Assembly (NCBI GenBank): GCA_963732905.1
Contig: CAVTBM010000001.1
Location: 712,649-776,648 of the forward strand
Direction: 5' to 3'
Length of the DNA: 64,000 bases
Source of the DNA: an uncultured Bacteroidales bacterium
Lineage (GTDB): Bacteria; Bacteroidota; Bacteroidia; Bacteroidales; GCA-2748055
Positions within the stretch are counted from its first letter, which is position 1, and each line of letters opens with the position of its first letter. The translations under genes and the position numbers were made by a program. A model generated the notes under the pieces. It did no database searches, was not told the origin of the DNA, and was given only the letters and a program-made list of their open reading frames with translations. Positions 38,401 through 46,626 of this stretch are shown here, in pieces.

Positions 38401-38613
38401 TTCAATATTCTGGCCCTGGCCGGTTTCAGTTCCGTTGTCATGACCTATTTCGGTGTCAATTATTATCTCTCCGGTCTCCACTCCTATGCCAAAGGGGATC
38501 CGATGCCCGTGCCTCCCGTGGTATATTATTCCCTGGTACTGATGATTTCGCTCAGCCTGTTCGCTGCCCTGAACCAGGCACGGTTGAAAAAACCGCACCA
38601 GAAAACCGGCTGA
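35428..38613 (+). CDS. ccsBA: Fused system II cytochrome c biogenesis protein CcsBA (ResB/Ccs1 plus CcsA/ResC).
   Basis: 1061 aa. ResB-like N-terminal half with TM helices and a large periplasmic loop. C-terminal WGRYWGWDPKETWAL (WWD heme-handling motif). Confidence 0.92.
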   Translation: MFPSFFTSMKRLLTIVSSTRTMALLLLIFGVSIGTATFIERDYGPDAARSVIYNALWFNILLAAGMINIIAVTLKKRMYQRSKLTILLFHLAFVIIILGAGITRFFGTEGAMEIREGETSGTFLTSSTYILIRLDAEGDSMVYAKPVLFSDIARNRFRKSFTLKNHHVSTKLLRFFGKAGMSLQQDKEGTPHAIFVTAGQNGMESRVVRPGGTFLLDTFQVKFMEQPEKLLQRNQISLFMNTDGSLSFISPVPVIRTAMTSGTSDTLSAGEVHPFQPLTPHYFKGEPLVLRQFMEHGRVTTTLVEDQQSQLPSALVMNVNVDGKEQTMTVSGMKGVEGTPEIARINGTSVSVSYGAVQRKLPFEVHLNDFILKRYPGSGSPSWFESNVRLIDRAAALDQQQRIFMNNILNYKGYRLYQASYDTDEHGTVLAVNHDGWGTRVTYLGYLCMAVGFFMSLVNRNSRFAWLWRSAAGGNNLARIVFAGLVFGSLASASYSQDSLPSADSHSADYDSSAVSRYAPPVVSRALAVEFDTVLVQDNGGRIEPMSTLASEILRKVVRKETYKGQTPAQIVLGMLAFPRYWLNEPVILVNHPEIQRQLGISGRYASFADFFRGDQYVLKTEVEDAYRKKPAYRTKYDNELIRTDERLNICNLIYTETSFNIFPVPGDSTNTWYSPVTARGMFAASDSIFALHVLDYLALETQKSASDGDWELPVQLVRSIKKFQKNYGGDILPSESHIRAEIFYNRSNLFVHVMNVYMLVGFVLLIIQFFHLFFPFFNLRIFNIPAFIIILIAFLLHTSGLGLRWYISGHAPWSNGYEALTFIAWATVLAGLIFSRKSGITLSATAILASLILMVAHMSWMDPQITNLVPVLKSYWLVIHVAVITASYGFLGLGALLAAVNLFVMIFQTEKNTSRIVPNIEQITRIIEMTLTVGLYMLATGTFLGGVWANESWGRYWGWDPKETWALTTVIVYAVILHLRMVPGLKDKVLFNILALAGFSSVVMTYFGVNYYLSGLHSYAKGDPMPVPPVVYYSLVLMISLSLFAALNQARLKKPHQKTG

Positions 38614-38675
38614 CAGGCTGTGCCTGGATTATACCTTTTAGCAGGGAAAGGAAGACTTACAATATATACTGACTG

Positions 38676-39569
38676 ATGAAAACGAGCCACCCCATTAAAG
38701 AATATGTAAGGATAGTCCTTAGGCTAAGCAAGGTAAGAATTACAATAGCCGTTGGTCTTACAACCATGACCGGTTATGTTCTTGGCAAGGGAACATTCGA
38801 TTGGGGTTTTGCTGCAGTTACGGCAGGTATCTTTCTTCTGGCCTGCGGTTCCTCTGTCATCAATCAGGTGCAGGAATACCGGACAGATTCCCTTATGGAG
38901 AGAACAAGCCGGAGGCCGCTGCCTTCCGGTAAGATTAGCCGTCTTCATGCCCTGATGATTGCTCTGATTGAAATTACGGGAGGTATCCTTGTCTTATATT
39001 TTTATGTGAATACGGAAGCACTGTTTCTGGGTTTACTGGCTCTGGTCTGGTATAACCTGATCTATACGCCGATGAAAAAGGTGACGGCTCACGCGGTCAT
39101 TCCCGGTTCATTCATTGGTGCCATACCACCCCTTGCCGGGTGGGTGGCTTCAGGTGCTTCCCTGTTTGATGCCGGAGCATGGTCAGTAGCTCTGTTCTTT
39201 TTTGTATGGCAGGTGCCTCATTTTTACCTCCTGGCCCTCAAATTTGGTCCTCAGTATCAGCGTGCCGGATTCCCGACGCTGACCGCCAGGTATTCGGATA
39301 AATACCTGAGGATCCTCATTTTGTTCTGGGTAATATTCACCACCCTGACTGCATTGTCGCTATACTGGTTTGAAACCATTAATTCACTGATCGGTATAAT
39401 CCTTCTTTGTGTGTCATCCGTCTGGGTGATCATTGTATTTTTGATCCCGGCAGTAAAAGCATCGGCAGCCTATAACCCTATCCACTATTTTATGCGGTTC
39501 AATTACTATGTTCTGTTCGTCATCGTGGTGCTGAACTTTGACCACTTCTTTATCCGGCATCTGATCTGA
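38676..39569 (+). CDS. ctaB: Protoheme IX farnesyltransferase (heme O synthase).
   Basis: 297-aa UbiA-fold protein. SVINQVQEYRTDSLMERTSRRPLPSG and WQVPHFYLLAL. Confidence 0.9.
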   Translation: MKTSHPIKEYVRIVLRLSKVRITIAVGLTTMTGYVLGKGTFDWGFAAVTAGIFLLACGSSVINQVQEYRTDSLMERTSRRPLPSGKISRLHALMIALIEITGGILVLYFYVNTEALFLGLLALVWYNLIYTPMKKVTAHAVIPGSFIGAIPPLAGWVASGASLFDAGAWSVALFFFVWQVPHFYLLALKFGPQYQRAGFPTLTARYSDKYLRILILFWVIFTTLTALSLYWFETINSLIGIILLCVSSVWVIIVFLIPAVKASAAYNPIHYFMRFNYYVLFVIVVLNFDHFFIRHLI

Positions 39570-39606
39570 AATCATGTTCCTGGAGTACCATGCTGCCTAA
39601 CTCTGC

Positions 39607-39620
39607 TGCAGGATCCTGCA
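39607..39620. terminator. Perfect 14-bp palindrome TGCAGGATCCTGCA between convergent ctaB and the cupin gene; a possible bidirectional hairpin.
   Basis: It is self-complementary by inspection, has no strong U-tract, and contains a BamHI-like GGATCC core. Confidence 0.2.
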
Positions 39621-39708
39621 TCGACTCATTACAGGGCAGGCCCTTTATTCTTCATGCAAAAACCCCGAGGAAACGGTTCTAACCATCCATTTAACTACGC
39701 AGGAAGGG

Positions 39709-40077
39709 TCATATCCATTCAGGATGGTCTACACGCAGCTCCGGGCCGGCATCGCCGGTATTGATGGTACCCACGGGTTCGAAAAGCAGTACCAGTGTCT
39801 CTTTTGAAGCCAGCGGCCGGTGTTCAGTGCCCTTTGGCACGATGATCAGGCTTCCTGCTCTGAGCTCTTCAGTATGATCCCGGAATTCCATTTTAAGATG
39901 GCCTTCCAGAACCAGGAAGAGTTCATCCTCTTCCTGATGGCTGTGCCACGTGAAGGGCCCCAGCATTTTCACAAGCTTGACCTGCTGCCCGTTTAATTCA
40001 CCAATGATCCGGGGTGACCAGTATTCATTGATCAGTGCAAACTTCTCAGCCAGGTTGATTTTACCGGTATGTTTCAT
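39709..40077 (-). CDS. Cupin-domain protein.
   Basis: WHSHQEEDELFLVLEGHLKMEF...LIIVPKGTEHRP is the classic two-motif cupin signature. The start is taken at MKHTGK (40077); the ORF extends to 40110. Confidence 0.8.
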   Translation of the reverse strand: MKHTGKINLAEKFALINEYWSPRIIGELNGQQVKLVKMLGPFTWHSHQEEDELFLVLEGHLKMEFRDHTEELRAGSLIIVPKGTEHRPLASKETLVLLFEPVGTINTGDAGPELRVDHPEWI

Positions 40078-40219
40078 TTTGGGGAAAATTTTGTTTTCAA
40101 AAAACATCACTACAAATATCTGAAAAACAATCCTCTTCGGCTGAGGAATGGCTTATTATCATGACATGTTTGGGAAATAAATGAAATTTTAAGTGCTATT
40201 ATTTAGAACTAATTTTTAA

Positions 40220-40241
40220 AGGTTGATGTTTACCCAATTTT
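40220..40241 (+). promoter_or_regulatory. Motif AGGTTGATGTTTACCCAATTTT, the paralogous counterpart of 29076-29099.
   Basis: See 29076-29099. It lies 107 nt upstream of the coxII-B ATG. Confidence 0.35.
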
Positions 40242-40326
40242 GAAGGCATGTTAACAGGGATGATACTTGGAATGAATAAGTAATCATGGTATAACCTGCA
40301 ATTTCTACTGAACTTAAAACCAACAG

Positions 40327-41289
40327 ATGACCCGTTTATTTGACGCTGTCAGAAACTTCTTCTTAACTATGTTCCCGGCTTCATCTTCCGAAGCTACCAA
40401 TATCAACAACCTGTTCCTGAATTACCTCATCCTTGCCGGCATTATAATCCTCATTGTCACTCTTATGGTCGTTCTGGGAGGATTCCTTTACAGGAAAAAA
40501 GTCCGTCCAGGTGAACCTCGCCAGGTTTTTGGCAACACCCGGCTGGAGTTGGTATGGACGATTATTCCTTTTATTGCCGTCACCTTCTTCTTCATCCTGA
40601 CGGTAAAATCCATGCAAAAGATCAACCGGCCTTACACAGAGGAACAGGATCCCGATATTGTTATCACGGCTCATCAGTGGTGGTGGGATATGCGATATCC
40701 GAAGGAAGGGGTGATCACAGCCAATGAATTGCATATACCTGCAGGGAAAAGGTTACGGATGCGGATCGAATCCGCCGATGTTATTCACAGTTGGTGGGTG
40801 CCGGCCCTGGGAAGGAAGACAGATGCGATCCCCGGCAGGCTGAACTATTCCTGGATTGAATCGGATACTACCGGAGTATTTCATGGAGCGTGCAGTGAAT
40901 TTTGCGGCACCGAGCATGCCTGGATGCTGATCAGGGTAATTGCTCAGACACCGGATGATTACAGCATGTGGATAAAAGCGCAGCAGGAAGTGCCACCTGT
41001 TCCGCCGGAAGGTCCGGGCAGGGACGGAGCTTTATGGTTCCAGAAAATGACCTGCGCCAATTGCCATGCTATTGAGGGTACTCCGGCAAATGCACATATA
41101 GGGCCCGACCTGAGTCACGTGGCTTCACGAACAACACTCCTGAGCGGAATGATGTTGAATACTCCTGATAATATGAAAAAATGGCTTACAGACCCGCAAA
41201 AGGTCAAAAAGGGTGCACGCATGCCCGATTTCATGCTTACCGGAAAAGAACTGAATGATCTTGAAATTTACCTGGAGGGTCTAAAATGA
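40327..41289 (+). CDS. ctaC: Cytochrome c oxidase subunit II-cytochrome c fusion, copy B.
   Basis: HSWWVPALGRK...CSEFCGTEHAWM and CANCH. Collinear with copy A, roughly 70% identical by eye. Confidence 0.95.
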   Translation: MTRLFDAVRNFFLTMFPASSSEATNINNLFLNYLILAGIIILIVTLMVVLGGFLYRKKVRPGEPRQVFGNTRLELVWTIIPFIAVTFFFILTVKSMQKINRPYTEEQDPDIVITAHQWWWDMRYPKEGVITANELHIPAGKRLRMRIESADVIHSWWVPALGRKTDAIPGRLNYSWIESDTTGVFHGACSEFCGTEHAWMLIRVIAQTPDDYSMWIKAQQEVPPVPPEGPGRDGALWFQKMTCANCHAIEGTPANAHIGPDLSHVASRTTLLSGMMLNTPDNMKKWLTDPQKVKKGARMPDFMLTGKELNDLEIYLEGLK

Positions 41290-42965
41290 AGCTAGCTATA
41301 CATATTCCCGAATCAAATGACCCTTTACCAAGTCTGCGGACCACCAACGGGTTCCTGCAATGGATAGCTTCTGTCGATCATAAGCAGATTGGGATCATGT
41401 ACCTGTGGACAGCAATCTTCTTTTTCCTCGTTGGCTTTACGGAAGCGGTGCTTATGCGGATACAGCTGGCCAGGCCGGAGAATACCTTTTTGTCTCCCGA
41501 GGTCTATAACCAGATTTTTTCCATGCACGGCACTACCATGATATTTATGGTTCTGACCCCCATGCTTATTGGGTTTTCTACCTATTTTCTTCCCCTGATG
41601 ATCGGTGCAAATGAAATGGCTTTCCCCCGGCTCAATGCATTCAGTTTTTGGGTGTTTCTGCTTGGAGGCATTATATTGTACTTCAGTTTCATGGCCGGAG
41701 GAGCCCCGAAGGTCGGATGGTTCAGTTATGCTCCTCTGACGGAGAATAATTACAGCATATCGCCGGGAGTCAATTACTGGGCGATAAGTATACTGTTGAT
41801 GGGAATCGGGAGCATCGGCGCAGCACTGAACTTTGTGGTTACCACCCTTACTATGAGGGCAAAAGGTATGTCATTAAACAAACTACCCCTTTTCGTTTGG
41901 ATGGTTTTTGTAAATGCGTTTCTGATCCTTGCTGCATTTCCGGTGCTGAATGCAGGTGTCGTTATGCTTCTGATTGACCGGATGCTGAATGCTCATTTTT
42001 TCACTACCGGCACCGGAGGCAGTGCGTTGATGTGGCAGCACCTGTTCTGGACCTTCGGTCATCCTGAAGTTTATATCCTGGCTTTGCCGGCGTTCGGGAT
42101 TGTCTCCGAAGTAATACCTGTATTCTCACGCAAGCCTATTTTCGGCTATGGTTTTGTTGCTGCTTCGACAGTGGCCATTGCCCTCCTCTCTTTTGGGGTG
42201 TGGGCTCATCATATGTTTGCCGTCGGACTTGGAGTCCCGTTCAACGCTTTTTTTGCAGCCTCCAGTATGCTTATTGCTATTCCGACAGGCATTAAAATCT
42301 TTAACTGGGCGGCTACCATGTGGGGAGGATCTGTCAGGTTCACCACTTCCATGCTGTTCGCCCTGGCCCTTCTCATCGATTTCACTATCGGGGGTCTTAG
42401 TGGCGTGGGCTTTGCCATTGTTCCGGTTGACTGGAGACTGACAGACACCTATTTTGTGGTGGCTCATATCCATTATGTTTTTATCGGGGCTTCTCTTACC
42501 GGAGGTTTTGCCGGCGTGTATTACTGGTTCCCGAAAATCACCGGACGAATGCTCTCCGAAAAAATCGGGAAATGGCATTTCTGGCTTTTCTTCATCGGCT
42601 TTAACGGTACCTTCTTTGTCTTTCATTTCCTGGGTCTTCTTGGAATGCCCAGACGGGTATTTACCTATCCCGATCTGCCTTACCTTGGAAAGATAAATTT
42701 GTTCTCAACGCTGATGCTTACCGTTTTCGCAACTTCATTCTTCCTTTTCCTGCTTAATATTTTCAGAAGCCTCCGCAAAGGTGAAAAAGCAGGCGATAAC
42801 CCCTGGGGTGCATGGAACCTCGAATGGCTCACCAGTTCACCGCCGCCTTTGAAAAATTTTGAGGCTGTCCCCCTTGTCCGGAGCCGCAGGCCGATATGGG
42901 ACCTTGAACATCCTGAGAACCCGGACTGGAAGACAAAAGAATCAAAACGGGAGGAACAGATATGA
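41286..42965 (+). CDS. ctaD: Cytochrome c oxidase subunit I, copy B.
   Basis: Same motifs as copy A, close to 90% identical by eye. ATGA overlap with coxII-B. Confidence 0.97.
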   Translation: MKLAIHIPESNDPLPSLRTTNGFLQWIASVDHKQIGIMYLWTAIFFFLVGFTEAVLMRIQLARPENTFLSPEVYNQIFSMHGTTMIFMVLTPMLIGFSTYFLPLMIGANEMAFPRLNAFSFWVFLLGGIILYFSFMAGGAPKVGWFSYAPLTENNYSISPGVNYWAISILLMGIGSIGAALNFVVTTLTMRAKGMSLNKLPLFVWMVFVNAFLILAAFPVLNAGVVMLLIDRMLNAHFFTTGTGGSALMWQHLFWTFGHPEVYILALPAFGIVSEVIPVFSRKPIFGYGFVAASTVAIALLSFGVWAHHMFAVGLGVPFNAFFAASSMLIAIPTGIKIFNWAATMWGGSVRFTTSMLFALALLIDFTIGGLSGVGFAIVPVDWRLTDTYFVVAHIHYVFIGASLTGGFAGVYYWFPKITGRMLSEKIGKWHFWLFFIGFNGTFFVFHFLGLLGMPRRVFTYPDLPYLGKINLFSTLMLTVFATSFFLFLLNIFRSLRKGEKAGDNPWGAWNLEWLTSSPPPLKNFEAVPLVRSRRPIWDLEHPENPDWKTKESKREEQI

Positions 42966-43510
42966 AAAGTAAACTCATGATGAAACTCTTCGTTGGTTCA
43001 GAGGCTTTCTTCTTTATTGCTCTCATCATCTCCTATGTGGTATACAGCCGGCCGGGAGGAACTCTTTCCTCGACAGCCCGTTACCTCGACATTACAAAAA
43101 CAGGTATTTTCAGCATTTTTCTTTTTTTTAGCAGCGGCACAATGATCATGGCTGAGTCGCGCATGAGAAAAGGAAAAAGAAATGCCGTACGGTGGTGGTT
43201 GCTCTCTACGGTTATCCTCGGTCTGATCTTTTTGATAGGGCAGGGGACAGAATATTATCATCTCTACAGTGAAAATGTTACGGTTAGCAGAGACGTTTTT
43301 GGTTCCGCATTCTTTACGCTCACAGGCTTCCACGGCCTTCATGTGTTGATAGGCCTCATTGTCCTCGTGTCCATTACCTATATGATCTTTTCAGGAAAAT
43401 TTGCGACTCTTGAATCTTCCGCCCTCGACTCTGCCTCCATATACTGGCATTTCGTCGATGGAGTATGGGTAGTCGTTTTTAGTGTAGTCTATTTAGGATC
43501 AATATTATGA
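42962..43510 (+). CDS. ctaE: Cytochrome c oxidase subunit III (five-helix), copy B.
   Basis: 182 aa, the same length as copy A. GSAFFTLTGFHGLHVLIGL is identical. Confidence 0.9.
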   Translation: MKSKLMMKLFVGSEAFFFIALIISYVVYSRPGGTLSSTARYLDITKTGIFSIFLFFSSGTMIMAESRMRKGKRNAVRWWLLSTVILGLIFLIGQGTEYYHLYSENVTVSRDVFGSAFFTLTGFHGLHVLIGLIVLVSITYMIFSGKFATLESSALDSASIYWHFVDGVWVVVFSVVYLGSIL

Positions 43511-44307
43511 CATCAATTGAATTTTTTCTGACAAACTGGGTTTTGAATGTTCCGGCTCTGATCATAGCGGGTTTACTCGTTTTGTTTCAACTGATCACCA
43601 GCCGTTTCAGACTTACTGCCAACAGCTATCTGTTTTATACCGGAGTATTGCTCTTTCTATTCATGACGGTATCTCCACTCCAGGTGTTGGGGAAATCCTA
43701 CCTTTTCAGTGTCCACATGATTCAGCATATCTTCTTTCTTCTGATCATTCCGCCCTTTTTAGTGGCAGGAACGGACCCTGAATTTCTCAAACGGGTTTTT
43801 ACCCGTCCCTCATTCGCGACTTTCGGTAAGGTCCTTTTATACCCGCTTGTAACCTGGGTCATCGGTATCGGCTCGATGTGGTTCTGGCATATCCCTGTCG
43901 TTTTTGAAGCCATGAAACATTTCCAGTTTCTGATGATCTTCCAGGTGGTCACTCTCCTTGTATTCGGGTACATTTTTATCTGGCCGGTTTTTGCACCGAC
44001 AGGCTTCATGAAACTGAATCCCCTGGAAAGCGCGCTCTACCTTTTTTCAGCCTGCGTCGGCTGTACCGTGCTGGGGATCCTGATCACCTTCGCTCCTGCC
44101 GGAATTTATACTGCCGGTTTCACCGGGGGCAACCAGGAGATTGCCGGACTGATCTCACAGGGCTGGGGTATTACCAGATCTGTCGATCAAGAGGTTGCCG
44201 GACTTATCATGTGGGTGCCCGCGTGTATTGTCTATGTGACAAATATCATGATCAGCCTCGGGAGATGGTATATGAAAAGTGCCGGCACTGAAATTGAAAA
44301 ATCCTGA
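43507..44307 (+). CDS. ctaG: Cytochrome c oxidase assembly factor CtaG, copy B.
   Basis: SVHMIQHIFFLLIIPPFLVAG and DQEVAGLIMWVPACIVYVTNIMI. Collinear with copy A. Confidence 0.8.
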   Translation: MTSIEFFLTNWVLNVPALIIAGLLVLFQLITSRFRLTANSYLFYTGVLLFLFMTVSPLQVLGKSYLFSVHMIQHIFFLLIIPPFLVAGTDPEFLKRVFTRPSFATFGKVLLYPLVTWVIGIGSMWFWHIPVVFEAMKHFQFLMIFQVVTLLVFGYIFIWPVFAPTGFMKLNPLESALYLFSACVGCTVLGILITFAPAGIYTAGFTGGNQEIAGLISQGWGITRSVDQEVAGLIMWVPACIVYVTNIMISLGRWYMKSAGTEIEKS

Positions 44308-44339
44308 AAAACGAATACCGAACTATAAAACCTGCCTAT

Positions 44340-44558
44340 ATGGATATCAACGAACTAACAAAACATCAGGATGAGTATCCGTTGACGCCCGCCGATCCTG
44401 AGGAAATACCACAGCCTACATTCTGGCCGGTTTTTCTGGCTTTTGGAGTACTATTGCTTTTTTGGGGGCTCATTTCATCCTTCATCATGTCGGCCATAGG
44501 TGCCCTGGTTGTCGCAGTGTCTGTATCAGGTTGGGTGAGTGATCTTAACAACAGTTGA
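44340..44558 (+). CDS. Conserved 72-aa two-helix membrane protein, copy B.
   Basis: MDINELTKHQDEYPLTPADPEEIPQPTFWPVFLAFGVLLLFWGLISSFIM... against copy A MDINELTRHRDEYPLSPADPEVIPAPTFWPVFLAFGVLMLFWGLITSFIM... Confidence 0.7.
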   Translation: MDINELTKHQDEYPLTPADPEEIPQPTFWPVFLAFGVLLLFWGLISSFIMSAIGALVVAVSVSGWVSDLNNS

Positions 44559-44564
44559 AATTTT

Positions 44565-45053
44565 ATGATAATGATGAACCGACGTTCTTTTTTAATCCGG
44601 CTCTTATTAGGGATAAGTGGCCTTGCTGCTTTCCTGGTAGCTTTACCCGTTGTTGGAGCTTTGCTTGAACCTCTCCTGAGAAAAAAAGTGATTGCCTGGC
44701 GGGTTGTGGGAAAAACAGATGATTTCATCATCGGGAATACGGTGCTTGTAAAATACGCGGATGCTTCCATCCTTCCATGGACCGGCGCCACCTCAAAAAC
44801 CGCCGCATGGCTTCGTAGAGTCGAAGAAGATGAGTTTGAGGCTTTTTCGGTGAATTGCACGCATCTTGGATGTCCGGTAAGATGGGTGGCCGATGCTGAA
44901 CTCTTTCTCTGTCCTTGCCATGGCGGGGTTTACGGAAAAGACGGTTCAAAAAAAGCAGGTCCGCCGCCTTTTGGATTGAGAAAATACCCGGTAAGGATCA
45001 ACGGTGCAAATGTGGAAGTTAAAACCAGTCCTATCCCCATCACGAACCTCTAG
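44565..45053 (+). CDS. qcrA: Rieske [2Fe-2S] subunit, copy B.
   Basis: [10 protein letters not shown] and CPCHGGVY. 162 aa, the same as copy A. Confidence 0.92.
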   Translation: MIMMNRRSFLIRLLLGISGLAAFLVALPVVGALLEPLLRKKVIAWRVVGKTDDFIIGNTVLVKYADASILPWTGATSKTAAWLRRVEEDEFEAFSVNCTHLGCPVRWVADAELFLCPCHGGVYGKDGSKKAGPPPFGLRKYPVRINGANVEVKTSPIPITNL

Positions 45054-45218
45054 GATTTTAATTATATGAAAGCCGCATGATGGATGACAACACAACCGAT
45101 ATGCCTGAGGTGGAGAGCTCAGCGGGGCTAAACGTAAACTTATAATACTCGATCATGTGTGGTTCTCCCGCATGAGCGGGTCAGGCTATTCTTCCTCTGA
45201 AATCAAAATTAGTATAGA

Positions 45219-46619
45219 ATGAAAGGATTAAAGAATTTCTGGAAATGGTTCGATGACCGGGCAGGCATAACGGCTGCATTTGATCCTTTGTTTAACCACC
45301 CGGTACCTTCCGGTGCCAAATGGATGTATGTTTTTGGCAGTGGCACGCTGTTCATGTTTATTGTCCAGGTCATAACCGGTGTCGGTCTGGCCATGATCTA
45401 CCAGCCCACATCCGAAACTGCCTATCAGTCCCTGAAATATATTACCGATGAGGCGCCTCTGGGCAGCATTCTGAGGGGTATTCATTTTTTTGCAGCCTCA
45501 GCCATGATTTTCCTTGTGGGCCTTCATATGATCCGTGTGTATCTTACAGCCTCCTTTAAATTCCCGCGGGAAATGAGCTGGATTTCCGGACTGTTTCTTT
45601 TGCTGCTTACGCTGGGAATGGGATTTACCGGACAGCTGCTTCGCTGGGACAGCAACGGTGTGTGGTCAGCCATAGTAGGCGCCGAGCAGGCCGGACGTAT
45701 ACCTGTTATCGGCACAACCATGGCCCGCCTGTTTTTAGGCGGTGACACACTGGGCGGAGCAACCCTCAGCCGGTTTTTTGCTTTTCACGTCTTCCTGGTT
45801 CCTGCATTGATTTTTGCCCTGCTCGGATTTCACCTGTACCTGGTTATCAAAAACGGGATATCCGAACCCCCGGTAGCAGGTAAGCAGGTGAAGAGAGAAA
45901 AATACCGTGAAGAATATGAAGCCCTCTTAAAAAAGGACGGGGTACCTTTCTGGCCCAATGCAGCCTGGCGCGATGCCCTGTTTGCAGTTATTGTGATTTT
46001 TATCGTCTTCGCACTGGCTGTATTTTCCGGACCTCCGGAAATAGGAGCCCCGCCCGATCCATCCAATATTCAGTCCACACCCCGACCCGACTGGTATTTT
46101 CTCTGGGTATTCGCCCTGTTTGCCCTTATGCCTCCGCAGATCGAATCCTTTGTCATGGCATTTGCCCCGGTATTTATCGGCATTTTTCTCCTGATGGTAC
46201 CCATAATTTTCAACCAGGGTGAACGAAGCCCGCTGAGAAGGCCCTGGTCCATCGCTGTTGTTGTGGTCATCATCACGATGGTCGGGGTTTTCTGGTATGA
46301 AGGGACAAAATCACCGTGGTCTCCGAATTTCGGTGCTAAAGCATTAACGCAGGCAGATGTGGGCACTGTAAACCCGGAGGCAACCCGGGGTGCCGAACTG
46401 TTCTATTCCAAGGCCTGCCTGTATTGTCATAAAATCGACGGAAAAGGTGGCGCCAGGGGTCCCGACCTCACCTATGTCGCCGACAGGCTTCAACCTGATG
46501 AGATGACCCTCCGGATCGTGAACGGTGGCGGGAACATGCCGCCTTTCGGCCCCATGCTGTCTTCACAGGAACTAAAGGATCTTGTCAATTTTCTCGGGAC
46601 CAGGAAAAGAGTAAGATAA
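45219..46619 (+). CDS. qcrB: Cytochrome b-cytochrome c fusion, copy B.
   Basis: Same motifs as copy A (PRPDWYFLW, CLYCH, GGGNMPPFG). 466 aa. Confidence 0.92.
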   Translation: MKGLKNFWKWFDDRAGITAAFDPLFNHPVPSGAKWMYVFGSGTLFMFIVQVITGVGLAMIYQPTSETAYQSLKYITDEAPLGSILRGIHFFAASAMIFLVGLHMIRVYLTASFKFPREMSWISGLFLLLLTLGMGFTGQLLRWDSNGVWSAIVGAEQAGRIPVIGTTMARLFLGGDTLGGATLSRFFAFHVFLVPALIFALLGFHLYLVIKNGISEPPVAGKQVKREKYREEYEALLKKDGVPFWPNAAWRDALFAVIVIFIVFALAVFSGPPEIGAPPDPSNIQSTPRPDWYFLWVFALFALMPPQIESFVMAFAPVFIGIFLLMVPIIFNQGERSPLRRPWSIAVVVVIITMVGVFWYEGTKSPWSPNFGAKALTQADVGTVNPEATRGAELFYSKACLYCHKIDGKGGARGPDLTYVADRLQPDEMTLRIVNGGGNMPPFGPMLSSQELKDLVNFLGTRKRVR

Positions 46620-46626
46620 GTGGCGG

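Noticed and set aside
29143-46619. Whether the duplicated respiratory block is a mobile or recently amplified segment.
   Set aside because: No transposase, integrase, tRNA target or flanking inverted or direct repeats were seen. The nucleotide divergence between the copies is high, so recent IS- or recombination-mediated amplification is not supported.
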